Below are positions 8,565 through 16,617 of a stretch of 59,599 nt of DNA, one piece after another. The first letter of the stretch is position 1; each line of letters begins with the position of its first letter. The notes under the pieces are model-generated. The model did no database searches. It was not told the origin of the DNA and was given only the letters and a program-made list of their open reading frames with translations. Where the stretch lies: positions 1 through 59,599 of IMG/VR virus record IMGVR_UViG_3300043618_000014; one strand, given 5' to 3'. This DNA is from a virus. Its lineage: Duplodnaviria > Caudoviricetes. The translations under genes and the position numbers were made by a program.

Positions 8565-8966
8565 TCAGCCGTACGAGGCGACCAGGTGCCACCCCGGTCG
8601 GGGGTCGGTGGGAGTGATCCCCAACGCGTCGATCGCCTGCTTGAGGACGGCGTCCCAGTAGTGTCCGGTCAGGCCCATGAGTGTCGCGTCGAACCGCTTG
8701 GACCAGTCGCAGGAGGAGTCGACCGACGCCGACGTGACCGTGGCCAGGAACACGCCGCTCCCCTCGTACGCGTACATCACCGTGGACACGCCCTTGATCC
8801 CCGCCGTCTTCAGCGCCGTGTCCAAGGAGTCACAGAAGTCCTCTCCGTCCGCGTGCCACGGGAAGGCGGGCTCTTCGTCCTCGTTGGTCTGCTCAAACTC
8901 CCAGCCGTTGAGCGAGTCCCCCAGGGGGTACCCGTACACGATCTTCGCTCCGGAGTGATGCCCCAT
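8565..8966 (-). CDS. Hypothetical protein
   Basis: MGHHSGAKIVYGY; acidic globular composition. Confidence 0.75.
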   Translation of the reverse strand: MGHHSGAKIVYGYPLGDSLNGWEFEQTNEDEEPAFPWHADGEDFCDSLDTALKTAGIKGVSTVMYAYEGSGVFLATVTSASVDSSCDWSKRFDATLMGLTGHYWDAVLKQAIDALGITPTDPRPGWHLVASYG

Positions 8967-8968
8967 GA

Positions 8969-9268
8969 TCAACCCTTCCCCTCGGTTCGCTTGGACTTGT
9001 TGGCCTCGTTGCGCTTGCGGTTGGCGACCGCCCGAAGCGTCTGTTCGCGGTCGTCGTACGTGCTGCCACCCCATACCCCGGTCTGCTTGGGCCCGGTGAT
9101 CTCGTGGAACACGGTGTGCAGGCAGGTGTCTCGGACGGGGCAGCCGGCGCAGGTGGCCCGCGCGTGCTCGATCCCCTTCACGTCACCCTCGTGGGGAAAC
9201 ATCTCGTCGGTCCCCATGTCCTTGCACGCGGCCTGGTCTATCCACTGCCACCGATCGCGGGCGCTCAC
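8969..9268 (-). CDS. whiB: WhiB-family Fe-S transcription factor
   Basis: W..QAAC...C..CPV...C...GVWGG signature. Confidence 0.93.
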   Translation of the reverse strand: MSARDRWQWIDQAACKDMGTDEMFPHEGDVKGIEHARATCAGCPVRDTCLHTVFHEITGPKQTGVWGGSTYDDREQTLRAVANRKRNEANKSKRTEGKG

Positions 9269-9717
9269 GTGATCACCTTGTGGATGGTGATCAACACACC
9301 CTGGCCGCTCTTCGGGGTGGCGTACCCCTTCTCGTACGTGCCCTTGACCACGATCGAGTCGTCCGTGATCAGCCCACCTTGGGTCAGTCCGTCGAACACG
9401 GCGCGCATGAGCTTGTCGCCGTCGGGGGTGGTGGTGTGGTGGGTACGGCGGACGGTCTTGCCCCGATGCATGCGGAACACGAGGTCGACCGCCAACGGAC
9501 CGTCGAACGGGATCCCCTCGCACTGCTCCGCGAGCACCTTGGCCGACGCTTCGATCACCTTCTTTCGCCACGGCTTCAGGTACTTGGAGGACTCCCGTAC
9601 CCCGCCGTTGCGGTTGGGTGTCTTGCTGCCTTGCGGTGCCGGCTCCCACCGACCCTCGCCGTACACCGCGAAGCGGACGGCGCTGATCGAGTACGTCTCG
9701 CCGTTCACGGCGTCCAC
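9265..9717 (-). CDS. rusA: RusA-like Holliday junction resolvase
   Basis: PAPQGSK, PDGDKLMRAVFDGL, DDS.VV motifs. Confidence 0.9.
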   Translation of the reverse strand: MDAVNGETYSISAVRFAVYGEGRWEPAPQGSKTPNRNGGVRESSKYLKPWRKKVIEASAKVLAEQCEGIPFDGPLAVDLVFRMHRGKTVRRTHHTTTPDGDKLMRAVFDGLTQGGLITDDSIVVKGTYEKGYATPKSGQGVLITIHKVIT

Positions 9718-9950
9718 CCCTCGGTGTCGAGTCCCTCGGTCATCACGCGCGCCGCCGCGTCCTGGTAGACGAGTGCCGTCAACGTGAGGACCGCGTGTGC
9801 GTTGAACACGTGCAAGGCCATGTCCCGGTGGCCCTGTTCGGCGTACGCCGAGATCGCCTCACCGACGTGGCCCGGGTAGGGGACGCTGTCGGCCGCTACG
9901 AAGATCGCTTCCTTGACGTCCTTCGGCATACGGCCGTGGCTACCGCTCAT
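9705..9950 (-). CDS. Hypothetical protein
   Basis: GAGAGG RBS; MSGSHGRMPK. Confidence 0.65.
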   Translation of the reverse strand: MSGSHGRMPKDVKEAIFVAADSVPYPGHVGEAISAYAEQGHRDMALHVFNAHAVLTLTALVYQDAAARVMTEGLDTEGWTP

Positions 9951-10120
9951 CACCTCTCCTCTCGGCAGGGGCAGGCGTCGCAGACGCAGCCCGGAACGTG
10001 GGGGTCGTAGCACATCGGGCAGGCGCACAGGCACCGCGTCGTGCCGCCGGAAAGGGACGGACACAGCTTCGCGTGCACGGCGCTCTTGGGCGCGGTGCGG
10101 CGGCATCGGAAGAGGCGCAT
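9950..10120 (-). CDS. Small Cys-rich protein
   Basis: RCLCACPMC...CVCDACPC. Confidence 0.7.
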   Translation of the reverse strand: MRLFRCRRTAPKSAVHAKLCPSLSGGTTRCLCACPMCYDPHVPGCVCDACPCREER

Positions 10121-10701
10121 CACGCGTCTTCCTTGCAGCCGCAGAAGTCGCAGACGCACAGTGGGGGGTGCTCCTCGTCGGCATCCTCGAAGCAGGCGGC
10201 GCAGGCGCAGAAGCACCTGTCCCCTCCGATCTCGGACGCGCACACCTGAGTGTGCGGTGCCTCGGTTCGCACCGTGTGCATGATGTCGACAGCGTTCGCG
10301 AACACGGTCTTGAGCGGTTCCCACAACATGACGACGTGAGCCTGAATCGCCGTGAACGCCATCGTCACGGTCTCCATGGCCTTGCGCCATTCCGCCTCGG
10401 GCATGGGACTCGTGTCGGTGGCGGGCACGGGCTCGTTCGTCTGTGGCGCGGTGGCCGCTCGACGTTCCGACACGGACTGTGTCTTGGGTGCCGGCGTGGG
10501 TGTGTGCTCGCACCGTCCACGTAGACACGGCTTGGCGGTCAGCTCCCACGCGCCACTGTCGAGCAGCTCCCACGCACCGTCTGAACCATCCACGGGAGTG
10601 TCCTCGTAGTATCCGTCATCGTCCGGGTGAGCGAGACTGCTCGAAGTCACGCACCCGTTCGCCTTGCGATAGACCCAGAACTCACTCGGCCCACTCATCA
10701 C
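10120..10701 (-). CDS. Hypothetical protein with C-terminal Cys-rich domain
   Basis: AGGAG RBS; RCFCACAAC...CVCDFCGC. Confidence 0.75.
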   Translation of the reverse strand: MMSGPSEFWVYRKANGCVTSSSLAHPDDDGYYEDTPVDGSDGAWELLDSGAWELTAKPCLRGRCEHTPTPAPKTQSVSERRAATAPQTNEPVPATDTSPMPEAEWRKAMETVTMAFTAIQAHVVMLWEPLKTVFANAVDIMHTVRTEAPHTQVCASEIGGDRCFCACAACFEDADEEHPPLCVCDFCGCKEDA

Positions 10702-10734
10702 ACTCTCCTGTCGTCACACTGAGTACGTCTGTTC

Positions 10735-10764
10735 AAGGTAGATCGTCGCGGGGTACCATGTCAA
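10735..10764 (-). promoter_or_regulatory. Promoter for whiB/rusA operon
   Basis: TTGACA-18-TACCTT. Confidence 0.7.
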
Positions 10765-10797
10765 CAGTGCATACACATTACCTATCGAGGGGGCGTC

Positions 10798-11061
10798 ATG
10801 GAGTACGGGCCGGAGATCATGGAGTACGTGGACGAGGCACGCCGTGCCAAGGACGCGTTGGACGAGAAGAACAGCAACGACCCGGTCGCCAACAGGGAGC
10901 GCAGCACGGCCGTGTACTGCCTCGTGCGGGCCCTGGAAGACGCGGGTGTCACCCACGCACAGGCGGAGGCGGCGCGGCTGTTGAAGGTGTCCCGTACGGT
11001 CACCAATCGGCACGTGCGGAAGGTGCGGGCGTGGCTCGAACGAAACCCGCCGACCGCATAG
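10798..11061 (+). CDS. Small HTH DNA-binding protein
   Basis: QAEAARLLKVSRTVTNRHV HTH pattern; GAGGGG RBS. Confidence 0.7.
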   Translation: MEYGPEIMEYVDEARRAKDALDEKNSNDPVANRERSTAVYCLVRALEDAGVTHAQAEAARLLKVSRTVTNRHVRKVRAWLERNPPTA

Positions 11062-11062
11062 C

Positions 11063-11095
11063 GGAAGGGCCCGACCACTGTGGTCGGGCCCTTCC
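11063..11095. terminator. Bidirectional terminator
   Basis: GGAAGGGCCCGACCA-CTG-TGGTCGGGCCCTTCC between convergent genes. Confidence 0.85.
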
Positions 11096-11103
11096 TGGTT
11101 CAC

Positions 11104-11661
11104 CTACGCAAAGGGGTTGTCGTCGTCCTTGACGGTCGCGGCGCCCACGAACGCCGAGTCGCTAGGACCGGTCTCCTCGAACTGTGCGGAGGTCTTGTAC
11201 AAGATCTCCCACCCGCGCGCCTTGTTTTCCCCACCGCGCGGGGCGACGTCGTTCGTACGGGTGACACGCCACCAGTCCCCGATGCGCGGCTTGTCGGTGC
11301 CGGCGCCACGCCACGCGGCTGCGAACTTGGCCTTGATCTGATACTTGTTCAACCAGATTTCACGGCGACCGTCGTCCTCGTCGTCCTCGTGAACGTCGGT
11401 CTGGAACACGACGTGCAGCGCCATGACGCGGTCCTGGTCCGTGTCGTCCGGGTTGGTCGGGTACGGCATGGGGGTCTTGTCGTGCCACCACAGAAGCTTG
11501 CCCTTGCCCGGGTTCTTCATGTCGTACTTGCGTTCCTGCACCCACTTGGCGTCGGTGATCCGACCGTGCCACGTGTTCCCGATCTCGCCAAAGTCCGCGA
11601 TCTTGACGAAGTCCGTGTCCACCAACGCGTCGAACGCGTCCTGCCCGCTGCCGCTACCCAT
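11104..11661 (-). CDS. Putative single-stranded DNA-binding protein
   Basis: Beta-rich body, acidic tail DDDNPFA, replication context. Confidence 0.65.
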   Translation of the reverse strand: MGSGSGQDAFDALVDTDFVKIADFGEIGNTWHGRITDAKWVQERKYDMKNPGKGKLLWWHDKTPMPYPTNPDDTDQDRVMALHVVFQTDVHEDDEDDGRREIWLNKYQIKAKFAAAWRGAGTDKPRIGDWWRVTRTNDVAPRGGENKARGWEILYKTSAQFEETGPSDSAFVGAATVKDDDNPFA

Positions 11662-11802
11662 GTCTGCCTCGTCTACTCGGTTCCCATGTCTGATGTGAAG
11701 CCCCACGCGTCACGGCGTACCGCGTGAGTCGTGCTCGATCTTGTGCCCCACGGGGTAGACCCGGATCCCTGGTCGAATGCCCGTGCGGTTGCCGACGATC
11801 GG

Positions 11803-11923
11803 TGGACACCCGTGGATTCGAACCACGGTCCGTGGTGGGAGACGAGGTCATCAAACCGCTCCCGTTGCCCGCCGAAGCGGGGTCCGCGCCACGTGTACCG
11901 GTCGCGACCGAAGCCGCGTGTCC
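11803..11923 (-). ncRNA. tRNA-like module G (acceptor + T arm enclosing UUCG hairpins)
   Basis: GGACAC...GGAC-CGTGG-TTCGAAT-CCACG-G-GTGTCC-A. Confidence 0.65.
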
Positions 11924-12099
11924 TAGGTGGCCCCTGCCCCACCAAAGAAGGCAGGGACCGTGATCCGTTGTGGTGCTCTTCGGACGTGGATCAAGCGCTC
12001 GCACTCTCCCGACACAGGCAGGTCCGCCTGAGTTGAGTGCTGTCCGGGGCCTATCATCTGCGAGCTTCGTACGTGCTCGCATCTCGTGTCGCGGTCCCG

Positions 12100-12174
12100 T
12101 GGACGATGAAGGATTCGAACCTTCGTCTCGCAGCCGATCAACGGTGCGCGGGTTGGCCACAACCCCAATCGTCC
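12100..12174 (-). ncRNA. tRNA-like module F (extended anticodon arm, 5-nt loop TTGAT)
   Basis: GGACGAT/ATCGTCC 7 bp; GGGTTG/CAACCC D arm; GAAGG-TTCGAAT-CCTTC. Confidence 0.8.
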
Positions 12175-12327
12175 GAGCCGCTCCGGTAGGTCGGGCTGCC
12201 ACCTTCACACCCGAAGCGGTCGTTCACCCCGGACCCTGGCAGGGGTCCTTGTGGATGAGCTTGACACGCTCCGGATTTCCGCCCGGCCGCGTGCCCGTGC
12301 TGCCAAAGGTTCTGAGCCTTTGCAACG

Positions 12328-12398
12328 TGGTAGGCGAGGATTCGAACCTCAGTCTCCCGGTATACAACCCGGTGCTCTGCCCATTGAGCTAACCCACC
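12328..12398 (-). tRNA. Non-canonical tRNA/pseudo-tRNA module E (GTA in an 8-nt loop)
   Basis: GGTGGGT-TA-GCTC-AATGGGCA-GAGC-A-CCGG-GTTGTATA-CCGG-GAGACT-GAGG-TTCGAAT-CCTC-GCCTACC-A. Confidence 0.7.
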
Positions 12399-12487
12399 CT
12401 TGTGCCACAACGTCCCGAAGGACTTCGACCCCCACCGTGTACACGTACACGTCTCGACTCGGGTACTGGTCATGTGACCGACCTTTG

Positions 12488-12550
12488 TGGTGTGCGGGGA
12501 CTCGAACCCCGTCACCTCCAGGTAAGGGAGGCATCCGCCCGGAACACACC
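12488..12550 (-). tRNA. Miniature tRNA-like module D (TAC anticodon, Val-like; shrunken D arm)
   Basis: GGTGTG/CACACC; CCTCC-CTTACCT-GGAGG; CGGGG-TTCGAGT-CCCCG; 63 nt. Confidence 0.65.
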
Positions 12551-12599
12551 CAACCGGCGATCAACCGGCCTTCAGATCCCCGATGGCCATCGGGGTTCG

Positions 12600-12676
12600 C
12601 GGTTCGATGAAGGACTTGCACCCTCTCGCACGGGTGCGTCCCGTGCTTCCCTTGGCGGGCACGTCTGCCCCGAACC
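12600..12676 (-). ncRNA. Divergent tRNA-like module C
   Basis: GGTTCG/CGAACC closing stem; GCACGGG/CCCGTGC arm; GAGGG-TGCAAGT-CCTTC T-like arm. Confidence 0.55.
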
Positions 12677-12835
12677 TCCCCTGCCCCGGTGATGTGCCGG
12701 GCGGGGACTACCGCCGACGCCGGCGGAAGATCATATCTTTGTCAACTGCACGGGGTACCAATCCTCCCGCTCCCCTGTCCGCTAATATCTCCCGCCGTAC
12801 GTGAGCCGAAGACTCACTGGCGCAGGGCCCTTACG

Positions 12836-12906
12836 TGCGTCCGGTGGGATTCGAACCCACAACGACCACTGTGCGTCGTGGCGCTCTGCCGTTGAGCTAC
12901 GGACGC
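12836..12906 (-). tRNA. Non-canonical tRNA/pseudo-tRNA module B (GCA in an 8-nt loop)
   Basis: GCGTCCG-TA-GCTC-AACGGCA-GAGC-G-CCAC-GACGCACA-GTGG-TCGTT-GTGGG-TTCGAAT-CCCAC-CGGACGC-A. Confidence 0.75.
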
Positions 12907-13052
12907 GGCCCGCTGGTCTGTTGCCGGGCCCTTTCCCAGACGATGTGTCGGCGGGACCAATCGCCCCATCGTCCTTGTGCATGCGCGTCGTCTACCAACC
13001 AACCTGTGGTAGCCGCCGCGCCCCGTGTCCTGGTTGGGAGGGACACGGGCAG

Positions 13053-13121
13053 TGGATCCCCACGAATCGAACGAGGTCACCGACGCCGCGCGAACACGTC
13101 GGCCAGCGAACCTGCGGATCC
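13053..13121 (-). ncRNA. tRNA-like module A
   Basis: GGATCC/GGATCC; CAG/CTG mini D arm; CCGACG/CGTCGG; CCTCG-TTCGATT-CGTGG. Confidence 0.65.
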
Positions 13122-13178
13122 TTGCGCGAGTGACGCCCGATCTCCCAAACGCCCGCCACCCGCTTGCTTACGAGGGAA

Positions 13179-13207
13179 ACATTACCCTGTCACGACAGCG
13201 GTGTCAA
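13179..13207 (-). promoter_or_regulatory. Promoter of the ncRNA array
   Basis: TTGACA-17-TAATGT; -35 overlaps nuclease stop codon; spacer contains TGTCACGACA. Confidence 0.75.
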
Positions 13208-14505
13208 CCGCCGTCCGAGAGTCGTGCCGCGACCTCGGAGGCGAGGGTGATCATCTCGTCGTCGATCATGTCCAGGGCCGCCAGGATGGCCCACACGGTG
13301 GCCGCTGCCTCTCGGGACGTCGCGCCTTCCAGGAGCCTTCCCCAGTGCTCACGGGTAATGTCGTACGGCAGGTCGGTGGACGCGGTGTACCCGCTCAGAG
13401 GGTGCTTCTCCCGACGCTCCGCGCGGATGCGGGCGCAGCGGTCCAGGTGCGTACGTCCCAACGAGAGGTCGGCCTCGTACAGGGTGCACTGCCCCTTGCC
13501 GACTGGAAGGTGGACGATCAAGGCGAGATCACGATCGACGACGAAGTCGGGCCGTGTCCACGTGCCCGGGTACCTACCGTCCTCGTCCTTGCGGTCGTAC
13601 ACGCCGTTCTCCCGGACACCATCCTGATAGACGGCGAACTGTCCGTACATCTCAACGGGGTCGTACCCGACCTTCCCCGTCTTCAGGTCGCCGATCACGT
13701 ACCTTCCGTCGTGCAGGCGGTAGATCCGGTCGAACGTCCCGCCGACGCCACCCCACCCGCTGGTCATGGTCGTGCGCTCCACCATGTCCGGGACGACGGA
13801 CACGCCGCTTCGATAGAGGGTGGCCACGTACGCCGCGACGTCTCGGCGGTGCGCCTTGGGAACAGCGGCCAGAGCACCGGGCGTCTGTGTGTCGACGGCC
13901 TCACAGAAGGCGTGGACGGCGGTCCCCAGGTTGGCACTGGTCTTGCTCCCGCCAGCCTCTTCCGCCTCCTTCACCAGAGCCTTGAGCTTGGCCTTGTCCC
14001 GGTGGTCGGACTCGTTGAGGGAGGACGCCAGAACCGAGAGGTCGGGACGGACGGCGGCGCCCAGGAGTACACGCGCCTGCTTCCACATGTTCAGGTTGTA
14101 CGTGTCCGCGAGTGCCTTGATCACGGTCGACGCGCGCGAGACCGTGACGCGCTTGCCGTTCGGGGCTACCAGGGTGTACCGGTCGTACTTGTCGTCGTGC
14201 AACCCGGGCGCCTTGACGGCGCGCTTCGCGGGCGCGTCACCCAAGCCGGCCACGTAGCTGTCGAACGCGTCGGCGACCACCGCGTCACGCGCGGCCAACG
14301 AGTCGGTACCGGTCGTCTCGGCGTCCGTCGCGCGGCGTGCTGCGTTGGACAAGAGTGCTTCCGCGTGGTCGAACGCCGTACCGCGTGGGTTGTCGTCACC
14401 CTCGCAGCACGTCCACTCGCCGTCGTCGTTGCACTCGATCACGGTGACGCCACCGATGATGTCGCCCTTGCACGCGGGGCACCTACCGTCGTACTTCGCT
14501 TCCAT
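13204..14505 (-). CDS. PD-(D/E)xK exonuclease (RecE/Cas4-like) with N-terminal Cys motif
   Basis: GTAVH..E, GGTFDRI, IGDLKTG, QFAVY motifs. Confidence 0.85.
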   Translation of the reverse strand: MEAKYDGRCPACKGDIIGGVTVIECNDDGEWTCCEGDDNPRGTAFDHAEALLSNAARRATDAETTGTDSLAARDAVVADAFDSYVAGLGDAPAKRAVKAPGLHDDKYDRYTLVAPNGKRVTVSRASTVIKALADTYNLNMWKQARVLLGAAVRPDLSVLASSLNESDHRDKAKLKALVKEAEEAGGSKTSANLGTAVHAFCEAVDTQTPGALAAVPKAHRRDVAAYVATLYRSGVSVVPDMVERTTMTSGWGGVGGTFDRIYRLHDGRYVIGDLKTGKVGYDPVEMYGQFAVYQDGVRENGVYDRKDEDGRYPGTWTRPDFVVDRDLALIVHLPVGKGQCTLYEADLSLGRTHLDRCARIRAERREKHPLSGYTASTDLPYDITREHWGRLLEGATSREAAATVWAILAALDMIDDEMITLASEVAARLSDGG

Positions 14506-14550
14506 GTCACGTCCCTGTCTCGATCACCTTGTCAGTGTCATGACAGTATA

Positions 14551-14579
14551 CAGCCCCTCACCGACACGGTGAGGGGCTG
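14551..14579. terminator. Hairpin terminator
   Basis: CAGCCCCTCACCG-ACA-CGGTGAGGGGCTG. Confidence 0.7.
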
Positions 14580-14590
14580 CGGGTGAGGGG

Positions 14591-14641
14591 TCAGCCCTTG
14601 CAGACGCAGAGGATCTGACCGCACTTGCACACGGTGGTCAC
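14591..14641 (-). CDS. 16-aa Cys-rich micropeptide MTTVCKCGQILCVCKG
   Basis: AAGGAGGT SD 6 nt before GTG; followed by terminator. Confidence 0.55.
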   Translation of the reverse strand: MTTVCKCGQILCVCKG

Positions 14642-14645
14642 GACG

Positions 14646-16307
14646 TCACCTCCTTCCGTGAAGCTTCCCGCTCACGACACGAACGTCCATGAGTTGGGAC
14701 AGCTCGCCTTTGGTGACGGTGTTGTCGAACGTGATCCCCAGCTTGGCCGCGAACGACTTCTGCGCGTCGGTCGGGGACTGCTTCCGCCTGCGCCACGGCG
14801 CGTCCTTGCCCGCGATCGAGGGGTCGTCGTCCATGGCCTCCCCGTCCGCCCAGGCAAGGGCGAAGTCCATCGGCAGAGCCGCAGCCGCGTCGGCGGGCAT
14901 CCGGCCCCACGCGCCGTCCCTCATCCACACACCCGAGTCCCGCAGCGATCCCCGGTTGTCGAACCTCCCGACGCGGAAGAGGTCGGTGCCCTTCACGGGC
15001 CAGATGAAGTAGGTCCGCTCCTTGGTCCGGTTGAACCAGACGTGGCCGCTGGTCTGCAACCAGTTGCCCTGTGCCTGCCGGAACATGTCGACGTCGCGCG
15101 CCTTCATGTTCTCGAACGGCACGGCGCCGTTGTTCTTCCGTGCCTCCTTCTGCGCGCGAACGACCGCCTCGATCAAGGTCTCGTCGTCCTGTGGCGGGAC
15201 GATCTCCTCCGAGAGGTCGACCAGGCCGCACAGGGTGTTGCTGCGGGACGCGCCGCAGACGTCCAGGACCAGGGCGTTCGCCTTGCCCGGGTGGGTGCGC
15301 AGGACCCTGCCAACCATCTGTGTATACAACCCGGGCGACGACGTCGGCCGGGCGATGACGGCGACCTCTGCCCACGGCGCGTCGAACCCCTCCGTCAACA
15401 CCATGCAGTTGCTCAGTACCAGGGTCTCTCCCTCGCGGAAGCGCTTGTAGATCAGCGCGCGGTCCTCCGTGGGGGTGTCGCCCGAGATCACCTCGCACGC
15501 GATGCCTTCCGCGTTCATGGCGTCGGCGATCAGGCCGGCGAACCGGACGGTCGGGGCGAACGCGATGCCGGGGCGGATGGTGCCGTCCTCCCTCGCGGCG
15601 TGTTCTCCGTACGCGCGAGCCACGGCGAGATGCACCTCCGACGCTTCGAGCGCGTCACCCAACGACCCGTCGGCGAAGTCCCCGCCCGCCTTCTTGGCCA
15701 CCTTCCCCAGGTCGAGACCGTCGATCTCGACCGCCTGACCCTTCACGTCGCACAGGTGGCCGTCCATGATCATGCGGAGGATGCTGCGCTGATACACCAC
15801 GTCCTCCCACACACCGCCGAGGCCGGCCCCGTCGCCCCGCGACATGGTCGCGGTGAACCCGACCGTCACCGGGCCCTGCGGGCGGAAGCAACCGAGACGC
15901 TCCAGAACGCTCTTCCACGTCCTCGCGGCGTAGTGGTGGCACTCGTCCACCACGACGAGTCCCACGTCGCTCAGGCGCTCGACACGACCCGGGCGGGCCA
16001 GGGTTTGGGCCGACGCCACGACGATGTCCGCGTCGATCTCGTCCCGCGACGCCTTGACGATCCCGACCGACGCCCCCGGCATCATGGTCTTGATCTTGTC
16101 CACGGTCTGCGTCGCGAGTTCCTCACGGTGGACCAGGACGACGACCCGCTTGAGGGAGGTCTCGCGGTACTGCCCGATCAGCGCCGAGAAGACCACGGTC
16201 TTGCCGGCGCCCGTGGGCAGCACGACGGCGGGGCGCTTGAGGTCGTCCTTCCACGCCGCCCAAATCTGGCTGCACGCGCGGATCTGGTAGTCCCTCAACT
16301 GGAACAT
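14646..16307 (-). CDS. SF2 DExH helicase
   Basis: LRDYQ, PTGAGKT, VVDECHH, TAT, LTEGFD, QMVGRVLR. Confidence 0.95.
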   Translation of the reverse strand: MFQLRDYQIRACSQIWAAWKDDLKRPAVVLPTGAGKTVVFSALIGQYRETSLKRVVVLVHREELATQTVDKIKTMMPGASVGIVKASRDEIDADIVVASAQTLARPGRVERLSDVGLVVVDECHHYAARTWKSVLERLGCFRPQGPVTVGFTATMSRGDGAGLGGVWEDVVYQRSILRMIMDGHLCDVKGQAVEIDGLDLGKVAKKAGGDFADGSLGDALEASEVHLAVARAYGEHAAREDGTIRPGIAFAPTVRFAGLIADAMNAEGIACEVISGDTPTEDRALIYKRFREGETLVLSNCMVLTEGFDAPWAEVAVIARPTSSPGLYTQMVGRVLRTHPGKANALVLDVCGASRSNTLCGLVDLSEEIVPPQDDETLIEAVVRAQKEARKNNGAVPFENMKARDVDMFRQAQGNWLQTSGHVWFNRTKERTYFIWPVKGTDLFRVGRFDNRGSLRDSGVWMRDGAWGRMPADAAAALPMDFALAWADGEAMDDDPSIAGKDAPWRRRKQSPTDAQKSFAAKLGITFDNTVTKGELSQLMDVRVVSGKLHGRR

Positions 16308-16344
16308 GCGGTCGACTCCCTCACTCGGTTGCTGTACATACACA

Positions 16345-16385
16345 AGCGTAGAGGGGTGTCGACGTAGTGTCAACACCCCTCTACG
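16345..16385 (-). promoter_or_regulatory. Phage promoter with overlapping hairpin
   Basis: GGGGTGTTGACA-17-TACGCT inside a long IR. Confidence 0.8.
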
Positions 16386-16392
16386 GGATGGC

Positions 16393-16617
16393 TCAACGGT
16401 ACTTGCGGCGCACCTGCCGACGCTTCTCCGTCGAACCGATGTGCCACACCTGACCCTCGGGATGCCGGCAGGCGAACACGTCCAGGCGCATCCCCTTCGT
16501 CACCCGCACGCCTGCCTTCATGGAGTTGTTGAGGACGCGGCGCGCTTCCTCACGGGTGGGGTAGCACATCTTGCGGAAGCATCCCGAGAGGTAGTCGACC
16601 TCTTCGGCGCTACGCAT
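16393..16617 (-). CDS. Small basic hypothetical protein
   Basis: C..K..Y.TR..A...C....WH pattern. Confidence 0.65.
   Translation of the reverse strand: MRSAEEVDYLSGCFRKMCYPTREEARRVLNNSMKAGVRVTKGMRLDVFACRHPEGQVWHIGSTEKRRQVRRKYR

Larger units (their letters stand above)
11700..13175 (-). ncRNA. Polycistronic structured ncRNA locus (tRNA-like array)
   Basis: No credible CDS; dense hairpins; five CUUCGG motifs on - strand vs one on +; own promoter. Confidence 0.8.

Noticed and set aside
11803-12296. A true tmRNA gene
   Set aside because: 3' end resembles tmRNA, but the nearest 5' strand gives A3-U70 rather than G3-U70, the enclosed region is short and no tag ORF is evident; a longer pairing would engulf another module
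12328-12906. Confident tRNA-Tyr, tRNA-Cys or tRNA-Val assignments
   Set aside because: Identity elements conflict: no long variable arm for Tyr, A73 instead of U73 for Cys, abnormal loops or D arm
11654-13133. Short ORFs across the RNA array
   Set aside because: No convincing RBS or protein-like composition; they overlap clear cloverleaf and T-arm structures
13204-14505. Cas4 as part of a CRISPR system
   Set aside because: Stand-alone PD-(D/E)xK nuclease in a recombination context with no array
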